From Octopus vulgaris (Eukaryota), in assembly GCA_951406725.2 (NCBI GenBank), contig OX597824.1:14446001-14510000 (forward strand): a stretch of DNA of 64,000 nucleotides. The letters run 5' to 3'. Of this stretch, positions 1-12,404 are shown piece after piece. The notes under the pieces are model-generated. The model made no database searches. It was not told where the DNA came from and saw nothing but the letters and a program-made list of their open reading frames with translations. The translations under genes were made by a program, and so were the position numbers. Positions within the stretch are counted from its first letter, which is position 1; every line of letters begins with the position of its first letter.

Positions 1-426
1 TGACCATTACTAACGTCGCCTTACTGGCACTTGTGCCCCATGCTAGTAGGGTGCTAAGAGCACCATCCGAGTGTGATCGTTGCCAGAGCGGCTAATCAGC
101 TTCTGTGCTGGTGGCATGTAGAAGGTACTATTCGAGCGTGATCATTACCTGTGTCGCCTTACTGGCACCTGTGCTGGTGACATGTGTAAAAAGATTCGAG
201 CGAGATCATTGCTAGTACCGCCTCACTGGTCCCTGTGCTGGTGGCACGTAAAAAGCACCCACTACACTCTCGGAGTGGTTGGTGTTAGGAAGGGCATCCA
301 GCTGTAGAAACTCTGCCAGATCAAGATTGGAGTCTGATGCAGCCATCTGGTTCGTCAGCCCTCAGTCAAAATTGTCCAACCCATGCTAGCATGGAAAGCA
401 GACGTTAAACGATGATGATGATGATG
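1..426 (+). mobile_element. SINE-like family C copy (internal tandem subrepeats, (GAT)n tail)
   Basis: Shares the block GTGGTTGGCGTTAGGAAGGGCATCCAGCTGTAGAAAC...CCATGCTAGCATGGAAAGCGGACGTTAAAC(GAT)n with about 14 other loci. Approximate positions: 1800-2070+, 8655-8832+, 9121-9455-, 10315-10663+, 15064-15260-, 22410-22790-, 23038-23275-, 23585-23945-, 25637-25830+, 28389-28955-, 30226-30530-, 30553-30725-, 34265-34545+, 35017-35168+. Confidence 0.8.
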
Positions 427-429
427 TAA

Positions 430-1075
430 GCTACTGTATTACTGTATAATCCCAATGTATATGCTTGTGTATTACAGTATACTCCCTGTGTATCTTAGTA
501 TATTGCCTTATACTTACCATATTTGCTAGTGTATTACAGAATACTTTCTGCCTATATTGCTGTATTACAATATGCTCCCTGTGTACATGTTAGTGTATCA
601 CAGTATACCTCACTTTAAATAAATTAGTGTATTACAATGTACTCCCTGTCTATGACAGCATACTCACTGTATATACATATGTATTACAGAATATTTCCTG
701 TATATATTTGTGTATTACAGAATATTCACTGCCTATACTCCCTATAGAATATTCCTTGTGTACGCTATGACATTGCAGAATACTTTGTATGTATAACCTG
801 TGCATATGCTACTGTATTACAGTATTCACACACACACACTCTCTCTATGTATACTTGTGTAGTACAGTATATTCCTTGCATGTATGCTAATGTATTACAT
901 GACACTCCCTGCATATGTCATTGTATTATCTTATACTCATTGTGTATGCTTGTGTATTACAGAATATTCATTGTAGATATTACAGCATTACGGAATACTC
1001 CTTGTGTATGCTACAGTGCAGAATACTCCCTGTGTAAATGGTAACGTATTACAGTATACACCCTGTGTATACTAA
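430..1075. repeat. Degenerate minisatellite, ~32-bp unit (GTATTACAGAATACTCCCTGTGTATATGCT-like)
   Basis: The core GTATTACAG-A/T-ATACTCCC recurs at roughly 30-33 bp intervals. Confidence 0.75.
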
Positions 1076-1222
1076 TATAGTGTTTCTCATAAAGGGACTA
1101 GGCCTCTCCCTGCCCCGGAAGAGCCTGAAAAGATTGAAAAGGTAGTGGTCAAATTGCTATGTTTAACCCCTTTTGAGACCAACATACCTGAGACTACCCA
1201 TGGTTCTATGAAACAGATTTCC

Positions 1223-2267
1223 CATAGTTCTCAGCTGGGGTCATATATGGTCCTTGGGGCTCCATACAAGATTTTGTTGTTAAAGCACCTGTGCTAGTGA
1301 TAGGTAAAAAGCAGCCTTCGAACATTGGGCCTCATAGGGGTGATGACAAGTGACCAAGACCTTTGGGGATAAGCACCCTTTGAACATTGGGCTCCACAGA
1401 GGTAATGACAAGTGACCAAGACCTTTGGGGATAAGCACCCTTTGGACATTGGGCCCCACAGAGGTAATGGCAAGTGACCAAAACCTTTGGGGATAAGCAC
1501 CCTTTGAAAGTTGGGCCCCACAGAGGTAATGACAAGTGACCAAGACCTTTGACAATAAGCACCCTTTGAACGTTGGGCCCCACAAAGATAATGACAAGTG
1601 ACCAAAACCTTTGGGGATAAGCACCCTTTGAACATTGGGCCCCACAGAGATAATGACAAGTGACCAAAACCTTTGGTGATAAGCACCCTTTGAAAGTTGG
1701 ACCCCACAGAGGTAATGACAAGTGACCAAGACCTTTGGCGATAAGGACCCTTTTGAATGTTGGGCCCCACAGAGGTAATGACAAGTGACCAAGACCTTTG
1801 GTGGTATGCTGTGTTTGAGAAGACTCGGCAATCCAAATGAAATTGTAGTTACGGCTGATGCTAGTGTCATATGATTGGCACCCATGCTGGTGGCATGTAA
1901 TAAGCACCCAGTACACTCTTGGAGTGGTTGGCATTAGGAAGGGCATCCAGCCATAGAAAACCATGCCAAATCAGACTGGAACTTGGTGCAGCTCTCTGGC
2001 ATATCAGTTCCAGTCAAACCGTCTAACCAATGCCAGCATGGAAAGCAGACACTAAATGACGATGATGATGAATAAATTAGTTACATTTCTACAATGCACA
2101 AAATATTTTAACGAGTTTTTTTTTTTTTAAATACAATTTCTAATAATATTTAATTATAAAAATGAATTATGATTTTTTAAAACATCATATGGCAAGGAGG
2201 GAGAGTCCATCTGAGAAAAATAGAAATCAAAGGGGTCCGTAGGTGAAAAATGGTTGAGAAAAACTGA
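1223..2267. mobile_element. Decayed hAT (Charlie-like) MITE split by a family C insertion
   Basis: The 5' part (GTTCTCAGCTGGGGTC...AAGATTTTGTTG) and the 3' part (...AAAAATGGTTGAGAAAAACTG) match the intact MITE at 24670-24893. Confidence 0.6.
1315..1802. repeat. 62-bp minisatellite, 8 copies
   Basis: GACAAGTGACC (one copy GGCAAGTGACC) occurs at 1345, 1407, 1469, 1531, 1593, 1655, 1717 and 1780. The unit is CCCTTTGAACATTGGGCCCCACAGAGGTAATGACAAGTGACCAAGACCTTTGGGGATAAGCA. Confidence 0.95.
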
Positions 2268-2357
2268 TCCAAATTAAAACCTTCCACCAAAATTTCAGGT
2301 TAATTTATGTTCCAAATATCAATTTAATAATAACAGTCATTTTATTAAATTGATCTT

Positions 2358-2564
2358 TTACTTGTTTCAGTCATTTGGCTGAGGCCATGCTGGAGCATTG
2401 CTTTTAGTCAAATGAATCAGCCCCAGGACTTATTCTTTGTAAGCCTAGTACTTACTCTATCGATCTCTTTTGCCGAACTGCTAAGTTACAGGGACATAAA
2501 CACACAAACATCGTTTGTCAAGCGATGCTGGGGGTGGGGGGTGGACAAACACAGACACACAAAC

Positions 2565-2609
<45 letters not shown>

Positions 2610-2875
2610 TTCTTTTATTCTTTTATTTGTTTCAGTCATTTGACTGCAGCCATGCTGGAGCACCACCTTTAGTCGAGCAAATTGACCCCAGGACTTATTC
2701 TTTGAAAGCCTAGTACTTATTTTATCGGTCTGTTTTGCCGAACTGCTAAGTTACAGGGACGTAAACACACCAGCATTGATTGTCAAGCGATGCTGGGGGC
2801 GGGGACAAACACAGACACACAAACATATACATACATACATACATACATACATACATACATACATACATACATACA

Positions 2876-2911
<36 letters not shown>

Positions 2912-3082
2912 TATATATACGATGGGCGTCTTTCAGTTTCTGTCTACCAAATCCATTTACAAGGCTTTGGTCGGCACGAGGCAATAGTAGAAGACACCTA
3001 CCCAAGGTGTCACGCAGTGGGACTGAACCCAGAACCATGTGGTTGGGGAGCAAGCTTCTTACCACACAGCTACTCCTGTGCC
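2358..3082 (-). mobile_element. tRNA-derived SINE family A (one partial and one full copy) with internal (TACA)n/(TA)n
   Basis: The head reads GGCGCAGGAGTGGCTGTGTGGTAAG...GGTTCAGTCCC, with Pol III A-box and B-box. Other copies, approximately: 11078-11456-, 13210-13602-, 13785-14162+, 18126-18530+, 19605-19985+, 22035-22350-, 26512-26877-, 26955-27312-, 29355-29808-, 29882-30193-, 42636-43019-, 43144-43545+, 54645-55125, 59865-60268-, 62683-63060-. Confidence 0.9.
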
Positions 3083-3539
3083 ATTTTATCATATTTTTCA
3101 TTCTTTTCAAAGTCAACTGAATCAAAGACAATAAGGGTTAGTAACTAAGATGGTTTTAAGCAGCCTAGAATTATCCAACATCATTGTAAAGAAAGAACCA
3201 TATGGATACAAACTCTATTTGTTTTGTTTTTTTTGTTAATAACAAGGGAAAGGAGACAAACATTTCATTTATTTTTGTTTCCGTGGTAGTGGTTCTACAT
3301 TTGTCAGCTTTAGAGCCACGGATAGAATACAACCTGAGTATACCACTGTGATACAATGGTAAAATGTGCCTACACATGGTACCGATTAATGGCTTGGTAG
3401 TTTGGAGTGATTAAATAGTGTCTTTGCTCCAGTGATGAAATCTAAACTACAGACTGTCTTTGATTGATGTGATTCTAATGACTCAGTCAACCGTGACAAC
3501 TCTAAATAAAACTGAACACAATAAATATGATGGCGATGT

Positions 3540-4065
3540 TGTTTTTGTTGTTGTTGATGATGATGGTGGTGGTGGTGGTGGTGGTGGTGATGGTGGTGGA
3601 GATAATTACGGTGGTAGTGACGGTGGATATGGTAATAATGGGGATGATAGTTGCTCCCCACTCTGCACTAGAGGACGACACCTATGATCAACGGTATTCC
3701 AATCATGACCATACCATCGACTTGTATGTTCAGAGCAGTGAGATGCCAAGGTGTGATTCGAGGGAGATTTTTTTTTTGCTATTATTAGAACGTAGACTAC
3801 CACATAGAAGGAAGCTCCCCTCAATGGTTTGTGACGATGATGATGATGATTATGATGATCATGATCAAGATCATGATAATAGTCATCATCATCATCATCA
3901 TCCTCACGATCGCAACTACTACTACTACTACTACTATGATGACGACGATGGTTGAGTTGGTGATGTCGGCGGCGGCGGTGGGCGGTGGGTGGTGGAGGTA
4001 GTTGAGTTGAGGTATGATGATGACAGCAATGGTGACTGCTCCTGCTGCTACTGCTGCTACTGATC

Positions 4066-4103
<38 letters not shown>

Positions 4104-4250
4104 GACGGTGGTGGTGGTGGTAAGGGTAAGGGTAGTGGTAGTGTGGAGTGTAGGAGATGGTGAATATTGTGGTGACAGCGGCGAAGCGATGCTGATAGGG
4201 GGCGGAGGGAGGGAACATGATGGCGGCGGGGCGGTGGGGGTGGGGGCCAT
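3540..4250. repeat. Mixed trinucleotide microsatellite / low-complexity region (GAT, GGT, CAT, TAC, GCT)
   Basis: The runs are visible directly and give homopolymeric ORFs in several frames. Confidence 0.85.
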
Positions 4251-4454
4251 GATAGAAAAGCCTTTTTGTTTTCTTTTTTTTTCTCTTCTGGCTCGAGAGA
4301 CAAACGCATCCCGTACCTTGTTTTTTGGAGGGGTGGGGGAAGAGGATTGACCGATAAGATTTTTTAATATTTTGTCGAGGTTGAGAGATTTTTATTTCCC
4401 CCCCCCCCCCCGGTAACATACCAAGCAATTCCACAGGCTGCAGTCTAACGAGAG

Positions 4455-4909
4455 GTGTGTGTGTACGTGTGTGTGCGTGTGTGTGTGTACGTGTGTGTGT
4501 GTACGCGTGTGTGTGTGTGTATGTGTGTCTGTGTTTGTGGGGGGGATAGCCGAGCTCAATTGATGCCGCATTTTCGTTTAGCTCTGAGCTACTAAAGCTT
4601 GTTATCGCCACTATCTCTGAGAAAGTGAGAAAGCGTGTGTGTGTGTATGTGTGTGTGTGTGTGTATGTGTGTGTGGTGTATGTGTGTGTGTGTGAGAGAG
4701 AGAGAGAAATTCTTGTAATCTGTCTGTTTATAATAGATACTTGGATCGTACATATTGTAACTTATGATATTTTGACAACTTTTTCCAGCGGGAATCACCA
4801 TTCCCTGCCATTTCCGCCGTTCCATCACCTGGAGAATACGTGGAGTGTGTGTGCACTCAACGTGCGGAAGACGGTGTCTTTTTATAGATCTCTGCTTTTA
4901 CACACACAC

Positions 4910-4973
<64 letters not shown>

Positions 4974-5010
4974 TCATACCGCGCGCGCGCACACACACAC
5001 ACACACATAC
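4455..5010. repeat. (TG)n tracts followed by (CA)n and (CG)n tracts upstream of ERG28
   Basis: (TG)n at about 4455-4530 and 4635-4693, (CA)n at about 4900-5010, and CGCGCGCGCGC at about 4980-4990. Confidence 0.9.
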
Positions 5011-5249
5011 ACCCGCATCATTGAATGATTGATTGATTGATTGATTAAGCGACAGAAATAAAGATAAATGAAGCGGGGAAAATACCACAAGGAGAAGCGA
5101 AAGTACCTTTTTATTTTTCTTCAAAATTAAATACACTTAAGTTGGTTCCTTTTTCCTGAAAAATCTACACGCTCTCCATTTGGTGAAGATAACAAGAAGC
5201 GCAGATGTAGGTGCGTGTTGAAGGTATCTTCTGAAGCAAAGCTTAACAG

Positions 5250-5478
5250 ATGGAAGGCAAACTCCCATTTGAAAGTCTCCTACTCAGGCGTCAAAACACT
5301 ATGATGTCGACAAATGTTCCTCGAAAGCAAAGCACTCCTCCGCCACAGTCAGTCTATTTAAATTATCTGCGCGGATGGCTAGGAGCGATGTCCCTCATTT
5401 CCTTTGCGAATGGTATGCAGTCGTTCGTCGATATGAAATTTCTCCATAAATCCATCTACACGAATTCAACAGGCTCAG
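5250..5478 (+). CDS. ERG28: ERG28 (ergosterol biosynthesis 28 homologue, C14orf1) coding exon 1
   Basis: YLNYLRGWLGAMSLISFANGMQSFVDMKFLHKSIY aligns by eye with human FLNVLRSWLVMVSIIAMGNTLQSFRDHTFLYEKLY. The donor CAG|GTAAAT is at 5478/5479 (phase 1). The start codon may instead be the ATG at 5301 or 5304. Confidence 0.9.
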
Positions 5479-6761
5479 GTAAATAAGTAGAGAGAAAGAA
5501 AAAAAATGAAACAGAAGCAACACGAAACATAAATAAAAGCTGTACATACATACATACACACATACATACATACTGACAGACATACATACACACATACACA
5601 CAAGCACATGCATACATATTTGCACACACCTACTTAAATACATAGACAAACATACAAACACACAAATTTACACGATCAGACACAAACGAGCCAATGAGAG
5701 TGCTTCTACGTGGTCATCCTGCCTGCTAGAAATAGCAACGAAACCACTCATGTCACACTATACTATCTTAAAAAAAACAAAACAAAACAAGGAATTACAT
5801 GATATAGCAGAGTCCAATATATAGTTGAAAAGAAAAAAAAAAATATACAGTATGACCACAGTTGGAAATCCTTTAATTATATATAGTTTTGCTGGATCAG
5901 AACAGAATTGGTGCTCATTAATAATCAGACAACACATATTTACACAAATCATATATGAAGCGACTCTAACATACACACAAACACAGACCAGCAAATATAT
6001 ATTACACAGATAACGATAGGAGCTATAAATACACACAATATTAAACATATAGTTGTGTGTTTTCCAAATAATGATTTCGTTTTTGATAAAATAGAAGATT
6101 TATTTGGTTTCATAAATTGATTTAATATATTAGTAATTAGTTTTATCAACTTCATAAGGATGAAAGTGAAGGCCAGTCAACCTGGGAAATATGACAGACC
6201 GGCGAGCCAGCGACAGAACCTCTTCGCAGTTGTTTCATCTGCGAAAAAAGCGCTGGTCAAATTCCTCGAATTGTATCTTATCGTCGCAGAAAAGGACACA
6301 TAGAATTAATGTAGTTCTTGATACACTATGTCTAGAAATAAAACGAATTTCTCAGGGCTGACCTGAAGTTAACAACTAAAAATACCGATCTTTAAATAAC
6401 TATAAAACACCTAAGGTTGTTAGCTAGTTTTCGGCTTGGCTTAATTAAGCAGAACTTGCTTAATTAAGTCACACGAATTTTATGGGTTACCATGCACAAC
6501 ACGTTACTATGTGAAACATGTCCTATAATTATAAACAGTTGTTATATAATTCCTATTGGAATTACCATTTGATTTTGTTACAACACCTGTATCGTAACGC
6601 GATGTAGTCGTACTCTTCGAGATACGCACATATACACGCGCATATGTGTGTGTGTGTGTATTATATATATTATATATATCCGCACACACCGTGGCAGTGT
6701 CCAAGTGCTAATACATCCGTTGTATAATTTTATAATCTCTTGAACATGCCTTTTTTTTTTA

Positions 6762-6935
6762 GTTGTTTAGTTCCAGGTCCTCACTGACAGGGCAAAAATA
6801 TGGATAATTGCTTTCTAGCCACGACCGTCCTGTTATTTCTCCCAGCTATTGTGTATCTAAGACTACCTTAGCCAAAATGTCCTTCTTTTTTCACTTGTGA
6901 TTTGAAGGAGTTTGAACTGCTATTGCTAGTATCTC
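6762..6935 (+). repeat. Old interspersed repeat (family E)
   Basis: The degenerate block TTGTTTAGCCCCAGGTC...TTCCAACCATGACCAT...GGTGTGATTTGAGGGAGATTTGGCTGCTATTTCTAG recurs at about 7340, 8470, 24520, 26162, 27454, 47495 and (- strand) 60780-60990. Confidence 0.55.
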
Positions 6936-9489
6936 GAGGCTCCCCCTGTAGTACATGCCCTCGTGCTCTACATAATTACCACACACACACGCGCGCGCGC
7001 GAGAGAGAGAGAGACAGAGAGTAGCAATCACTGACTTATGACCGATCGCTCATTATTGCTGTTTATATGCGATGAATGCCAATTGAGCAATGAAAACATC
7101 AAACAACCCGGATTGTTGATCTTCCTAGTTGTAACAAGATTGTTGATTTTCCCAGTTCGTGACCGAATTGATACTACTCGAGTTCTACAATGCGCTCCAA
7201 GAATAATGACTAGTGTCATACCAGAACGATTCTCTCGTCACCTTATATGACTATGATAGATATCATTATAGCATTAGTCATCCCTAACGTTGCTCCATAG
7301 AAACCTACAGATAATGACAATTGAGATTGTTCTTTTATTTACCCAGATCATTCCTGATCCAGCAGATCGATTACCAAAGATGATCCAGCTGTGGCCGCTC
7401 AGCCTCTTTTCCCCCCTCTTTTAGACTTTGCATATCTAAGACTACATTATGCAATGTGTCCTTTTTTTATGACAATAGCTGTTATTTCTAGGAGATCTCA
7501 AGTGACTGTAGAGAGAGGCTTCCCATGTTGATTCGTGACAGCTGAGATTGTTGTGTAGCCCACATCAGCCCTTGTCGAGTACTCTTGTTGCATGCAGGTA
7601 GTCGGGCAAACGACGAGACACGAGCCATAGATTCATCCTCCCAATTATACCATGTCTTCTCTTAACTGAGAACCATACTGTACATCTGGTATGTTGTGAT
7701 GAATTGTATTGGGTCCAGTGTGACAGTCTGAACAGATTACAACCTGTCTATTGTCCAGCCTATTTCTGTTCGCCCGTACATTCTGAGAACAGTTACAGAA
7801 GTAGCAGGTGAGGTCAGAAAGCAACTGCTGCACCTCCTCGGGTTATATTCTAGCACTGTATTTGGGGATAGCGTGGATATTTGATGGCTTACACAAGATA
7901 AATTTGGACAGTTTGAGGTTTGTAAAACTGAATATGAAATACATGTTCTCAGGATGGAAGGGAGATAATTTCAATAGGACAGCTTTCATAAGCATGAAAT
8001 ATCCTTTTTTAACATCTGTGGAAGAACGACCTGTTAGATATGGCCAAACAAATTTCCTTCACAACGCACCCATCGTCTTAAAAAAAAAAAGTGAAGGATT
8101 CATTAGATAATATAGTCCATAAATATCACTAGAAATGCGGGAATGCATCCGATCATCTTGCTTAAGCAATCAAATTCTTTAGTTCGTTAGATCTATCAAA
8201 AGATGAAACTATTGTTTTGATAAGTAACACTATCAGATGTACTGAAACTATTTATGTGAATGGAAGACAGTTTAAAGAATTAATGTTTTTGTTGAAAACA
8301 AAGTTTATTCTCTATCTCTGTACAAACAGAGATTAAACGAAATATATATGTAAAAGATATGACACATATTCCACAGCTGTGGAATATGAACAGTTGATAT
8401 AGTGAATCTGAAAAATTTGAGAATTACTAAGTTGAATTTTGTCTGATAGGTGTGCAAACTGAACTCATTTAGTCCTAGATCAACTTTGTGCATTCCAACC
8501 ATGACCATCCTGTATTTTTAGTGATACCATAAGATGATGTTATCCGATGTGTTCTTCATCTTTTTAAGATGATAGGTGTGATTTGAAGGAGATTTGGCTG
8601 CTACATGTAAGCAGCCTACTATATGTAGCAGAAAGGTTGTGAATGAATGCCTCCTTGGTGCTGGTGACACCTAAAAAGCACTCAGTCCACTCTGTAAAGT
8701 GGTTGGTGTAAGGAAGCGCATCCAGTTGTAAAAACCGTGTGGGGCTTGGTGCATTCCTCTGGCTTGCCAGATTCTATCAAACCATTCAACTCATTGCAGC
8801 ATGGAAGACAGATGATAAATGGTGATGATGATTATCAAGATCTTTGGTCTATTTCTGCTGAAAAGGGAACCAACTGAGTTTATAAGGGTGGTGAGTTGAC
8901 GGAATCATTAGTCTCAGATAAAATGCCTGGAGGTATTTCTTCAAGCTTTTTACGTTCTGAGTTCAAATCTTACCAAGGTCAACTATGCCTGTCTTTTAAG
9001 GTTACTAATTGAAAGTACCAATCAAATACTGAGGTTGATTTAATTGACTAATTCCCACCAAATTTCAAGCCTTGTACCTATGTTGGAAACAATATGACAA
9101 AATTATATATATATATATATATCATCATCATCAACGTTTAACATCTGCTTTCCATGCTGGCATGGGTTGGACGGTTTGACAGGGGACTGGCGAACCAGAT
9201 GGCTGTACGAGGCTCCAATCTCATCTGGCAGAGTTTCTACAGCTGGATGCCTTTCTAACGCCAACCACTCTGAGAGTGTAGTGGGTGCTTTTACATGCCA
9301 TCGGCATGAGGGCCAGTCAGACGGTACTGGCAACGGCCATGCTCAAATGGTGTTTTTACGTGTCACCTGCACAGGAGCCAGTCCAGCGGCAAAGGCAACG
9401 CCCTCGCTCGAATGTTGTTTTTCCTGTGCCACCAGCACAAGTGCCAGTAAGGTGACAATATATATATATTATATAATATAATATGTATA

Positions 9490-9700
9490 TAATAATAATA
9501 ATAATAATAATGAAATTATTGTATACAGTGCTCAGGTGCACCACAACTTGTCAAAAGTGTGTATAAAGCATATGCATTAACGTACAAATATCTGGAAAAT
9601 GAACAGTGTATGAGTCAGATACATGCTTGCGTGTGTATGGAGGGGAGAAAATCAGGTGACGTGTTGGTGAATCTCAGGAAGCATGGAAGTTTTGAAGGAT
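9490..9700 (-). mobile_element. 3' end/UTR of a CR1-like LINE with (TTA)n tail
   Basis: Overlaps in sequence (TCAGGAAGCATGGAAGTTTTGAAGGATGC) with the RT C-terminal fragment at 35258-35730 and ends in an (AAT)n run on the + strand. Confidence 0.55.
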
Positions 9701-11592
9701 GCTGCGCTCTGACTGACCAGACTATCAGATGTTATACATTGCTGGTCACAATGTGCTTTGCATTGTTTTAGCTTCTAAATGAACCCGTGTGTGTGTGTGT
9801 GTGTAGATGCAGTATGGCTGAATGGTTAAGAAGTTCACTTGAGGTATGTTGAACCAATAATTCAAAAGATACAGCATTGTCACACACTGAGTTACAGGAT
9901 CATTTTAAGAGCACACATATCTCTGGAATACTCAGCCACTTACATGCTCATTGAATGAGCATGTAATTTAATTGAATAAACAACTGAATCTTCATCATCA
10001 AACGATGACAATCCACCACACCATTTACACACACACACACACTCCTTACATTGTTATTAACAAAGATAAATTTCACCCTGTTACATAATTACATTTTTTT
10101 TCATGCATGACTAACATATACAAAAACAGGTTCCATCATAATTTTTGACTTCTTGATTTAGCCTTGTGGTAAGAACCTCAGACTTAAGACCAAGGTTCCA
10201 ATATTGAATGGCTGAATTATTAGAAACTGCTTACTCATGCATGAAATGTGATGTTAGTGGAGACCAAATTGGGAAGTTAACAAAAATTTTTGTTAATATC
10301 AAAATAAATATCAAATGGAAATTGTAGTTGTGATACCTGTGCCGGTGGCACGTAAAAAGCGCCATCCGAATGTGGCCGATGCCAGCCCCACCTTGACTGG
10401 CTTCTGTGCCAGTGGCACGTAAAAAGCACCAACCAGTTGTGGCCGCTGCCAGCCTCCCCTGGCACCTGTGCCAGTGGCACGTAAAAAGCACCCACTACAC
10501 TCACAGAGTGGTTGACGTTAGGAAGGGCATCCAGCTGTAGAAACACTGCCAGATCAGACTGGAGCCTGGTGCAGCCTCCTGGCTTCCCAGACCCCGGTTG
10601 AACCATCCAACCCGTGCTAGCACGGAAAATGGATGATAAACGACGATGATGATGATGATGATGAAGTTAAAAATAAGGCACAAGGGAAAACACCCCTGAA
10701 CTTTGCAGGTCCTCGCACTGGTGTGATTGAGGTTTGCTTACATCTGTAAGGTGATATCTGCAGCAAAAGTAAGGTCGAGAAGGATACCAAAGGCCTGGTA
10801 TTTTTGTTTGGAAGAAGGAATACTGCAAAAGGCATCCAAAGTTGCAGTGTTAAACTGGCCAGCATATCAAAGCTGTCCTTCTCAAGGTTGTTCTTAATGA
10901 AAGAGAAAGGAAGCTATTGAAAACTGAAGCCAAATGTGAAAGAAGAGGTTTATCAAGAGCTTACCTCTACTCAAAGTATCTACTCCAACCATCCCTGTAC
11001 TGGCCAGGTCACCTGTAAAGTTATACACACACAGACACAGTTTTGTTATAATTTTATCTACCTCTCTTTTACTCTCTTACTTGTTTCTGTCATTTGACTG
11101 CAGCCATGCTGGAGCACCGCCTTTAGTCGAGCAAATCGACCCCAGGACTTATTCTTTGTAAGCCTAGTACTTATTCTATTGGTCGCTTTTGTCAAACCGC
11201 TAAGTCACGGGGACGTAAACACACCGCCATCGGTTGTCAAGCGATGTTGTGGGGACAAACACAGACACACACATATATATATACATATATACGACAGGCT
11301 TCTTTCAGTTTCTGTCTACCAAATCCACTCACAAGGCTTTGGTCGGCCCGAGGCTATAGCAGAAGACACCTGTCCAAGGTGCCACGCAGTGGGACTGAAC
11401 CCGGAACCATGTGGTTGGTAAGCAAGCTTCTTACCACACAGTCACGCCTGCGCCTACCATTCAAAATAGTCATGCAAATTCTCTCTCTCTCTCTCTCTCT
11501 CACATACACACACAGTTTTATTGGATTTTTAATCTAACATTCATATTAGTCATTCAAAACATAATATCTGAAAGTGAAAATAATATTATGGT

Positions 11593-12008
11593 GGATCTTT
11601 TCGGTTTGAACGGCAGTTTTTTAACATAATTTCTAGGTAACTAAAAAATTTTAAACTTCGTATACTGGTAGAATGTGCTTATAAAGCATCTTTTTTTCTT
11701 GGCTTTATTGAGAAAATTCTATGGTTTGTAAGATATTTGTTGTTTTTTTTTTTCTTCAATTTCTACAATTTCAACCAATCACTGATGTCTATTGAAGTAA
11801 AAAAACATTCTGTACCATATGAATATGTCCGTCGTTTAAGAAACAGATTGGGTTTATTTACATTTGTGAAGCAAAAAAAGATACCCTCCTCCCACCCCTA
11901 ACCCTAAAACAGATTGAAATGCAATAGATCGATACTAGGGTCATAATTATGGGTGACAATTTCATATGACACTGCAAGAAAAAACTGCTGTTCAAACCTA
12001 AAAGATCC
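11593..12008. mobile_element. MITE with GG-ended TIRs and 8-bp TSD (Merlin/Mutator-like)
   Basis: TIRs are GGATCTTTTCGGTTTGAACGGCAG and CTGCTGTTCAAACCTAAAAGATCC. A perfect TSD ATTATGGT lies at 11585-11592 and 12009-12016. A second, inverted copy is at 46293-46698 and a terminal fragment at about 38676. Confidence 0.9.
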
Positions 12009-12108
12009 ATTATGGTTTGTACTTTTCCTAAGACTTTATTGTCAGATTAATTCCTTCAAGAATTGCTTCATTACTGACCACAGGTCTTTCTCTTCTATTT
12101 TTGTTTAG

Positions 12109-12199
12109 TTAACCCTCTAATGGCTCGGATATTTGGTACTTGGTCTCTTCTTTCTGCATTCCTCAGAATCAGCTGTTCTCTGGATTTTTCTAACTCCAT
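12109..12199 (+). CDS. ERG28: ERG28 coding exon 2 (91 nt)
   Basis: Acceptor TTTTGTTTAG, donor AT|GTAAGT. Translates to (V)NPLMARIFGTWSLLSAFLRISCSLDFSNS, compared with human [30 protein letters not shown]. Intron phases are consistent. Confidence 0.95.
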
Positions 12200-12404
12200 G
12201 TAAGTTAATTATAAGGAATTCTAGCATTGGCACAAGACCACTTTTGATTACTGCTTATTTTATTGATCATAGGAGAATGAAAGACAAAGCCTGCCCTAGT
12301 GGGATTTGAACCCAGAACAAAAATAAATACCCCAAGACATTTTGTCAAGTGATCTTACAATTCTGCTACCTACTGCCATCTAGACTGACAGTTAAATATT
12401 CTTA

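Noticed and set aside
1280-1964. Three overlapping 180-210-aa ORFs, and a CRISPR-like periodicity
   Set aside because: All three arise from the stop-free 62-bp tandem unit. There are no unique spacers, no cas genes, and the context is eukaryotic.
2412-3148. Recurring ORFs such as ...RLPNPLTRLWSARGYSRRHLPKVP... here and at many other loci
   Set aside because: These are translations of SINE-A and its microsatellites, not genes.
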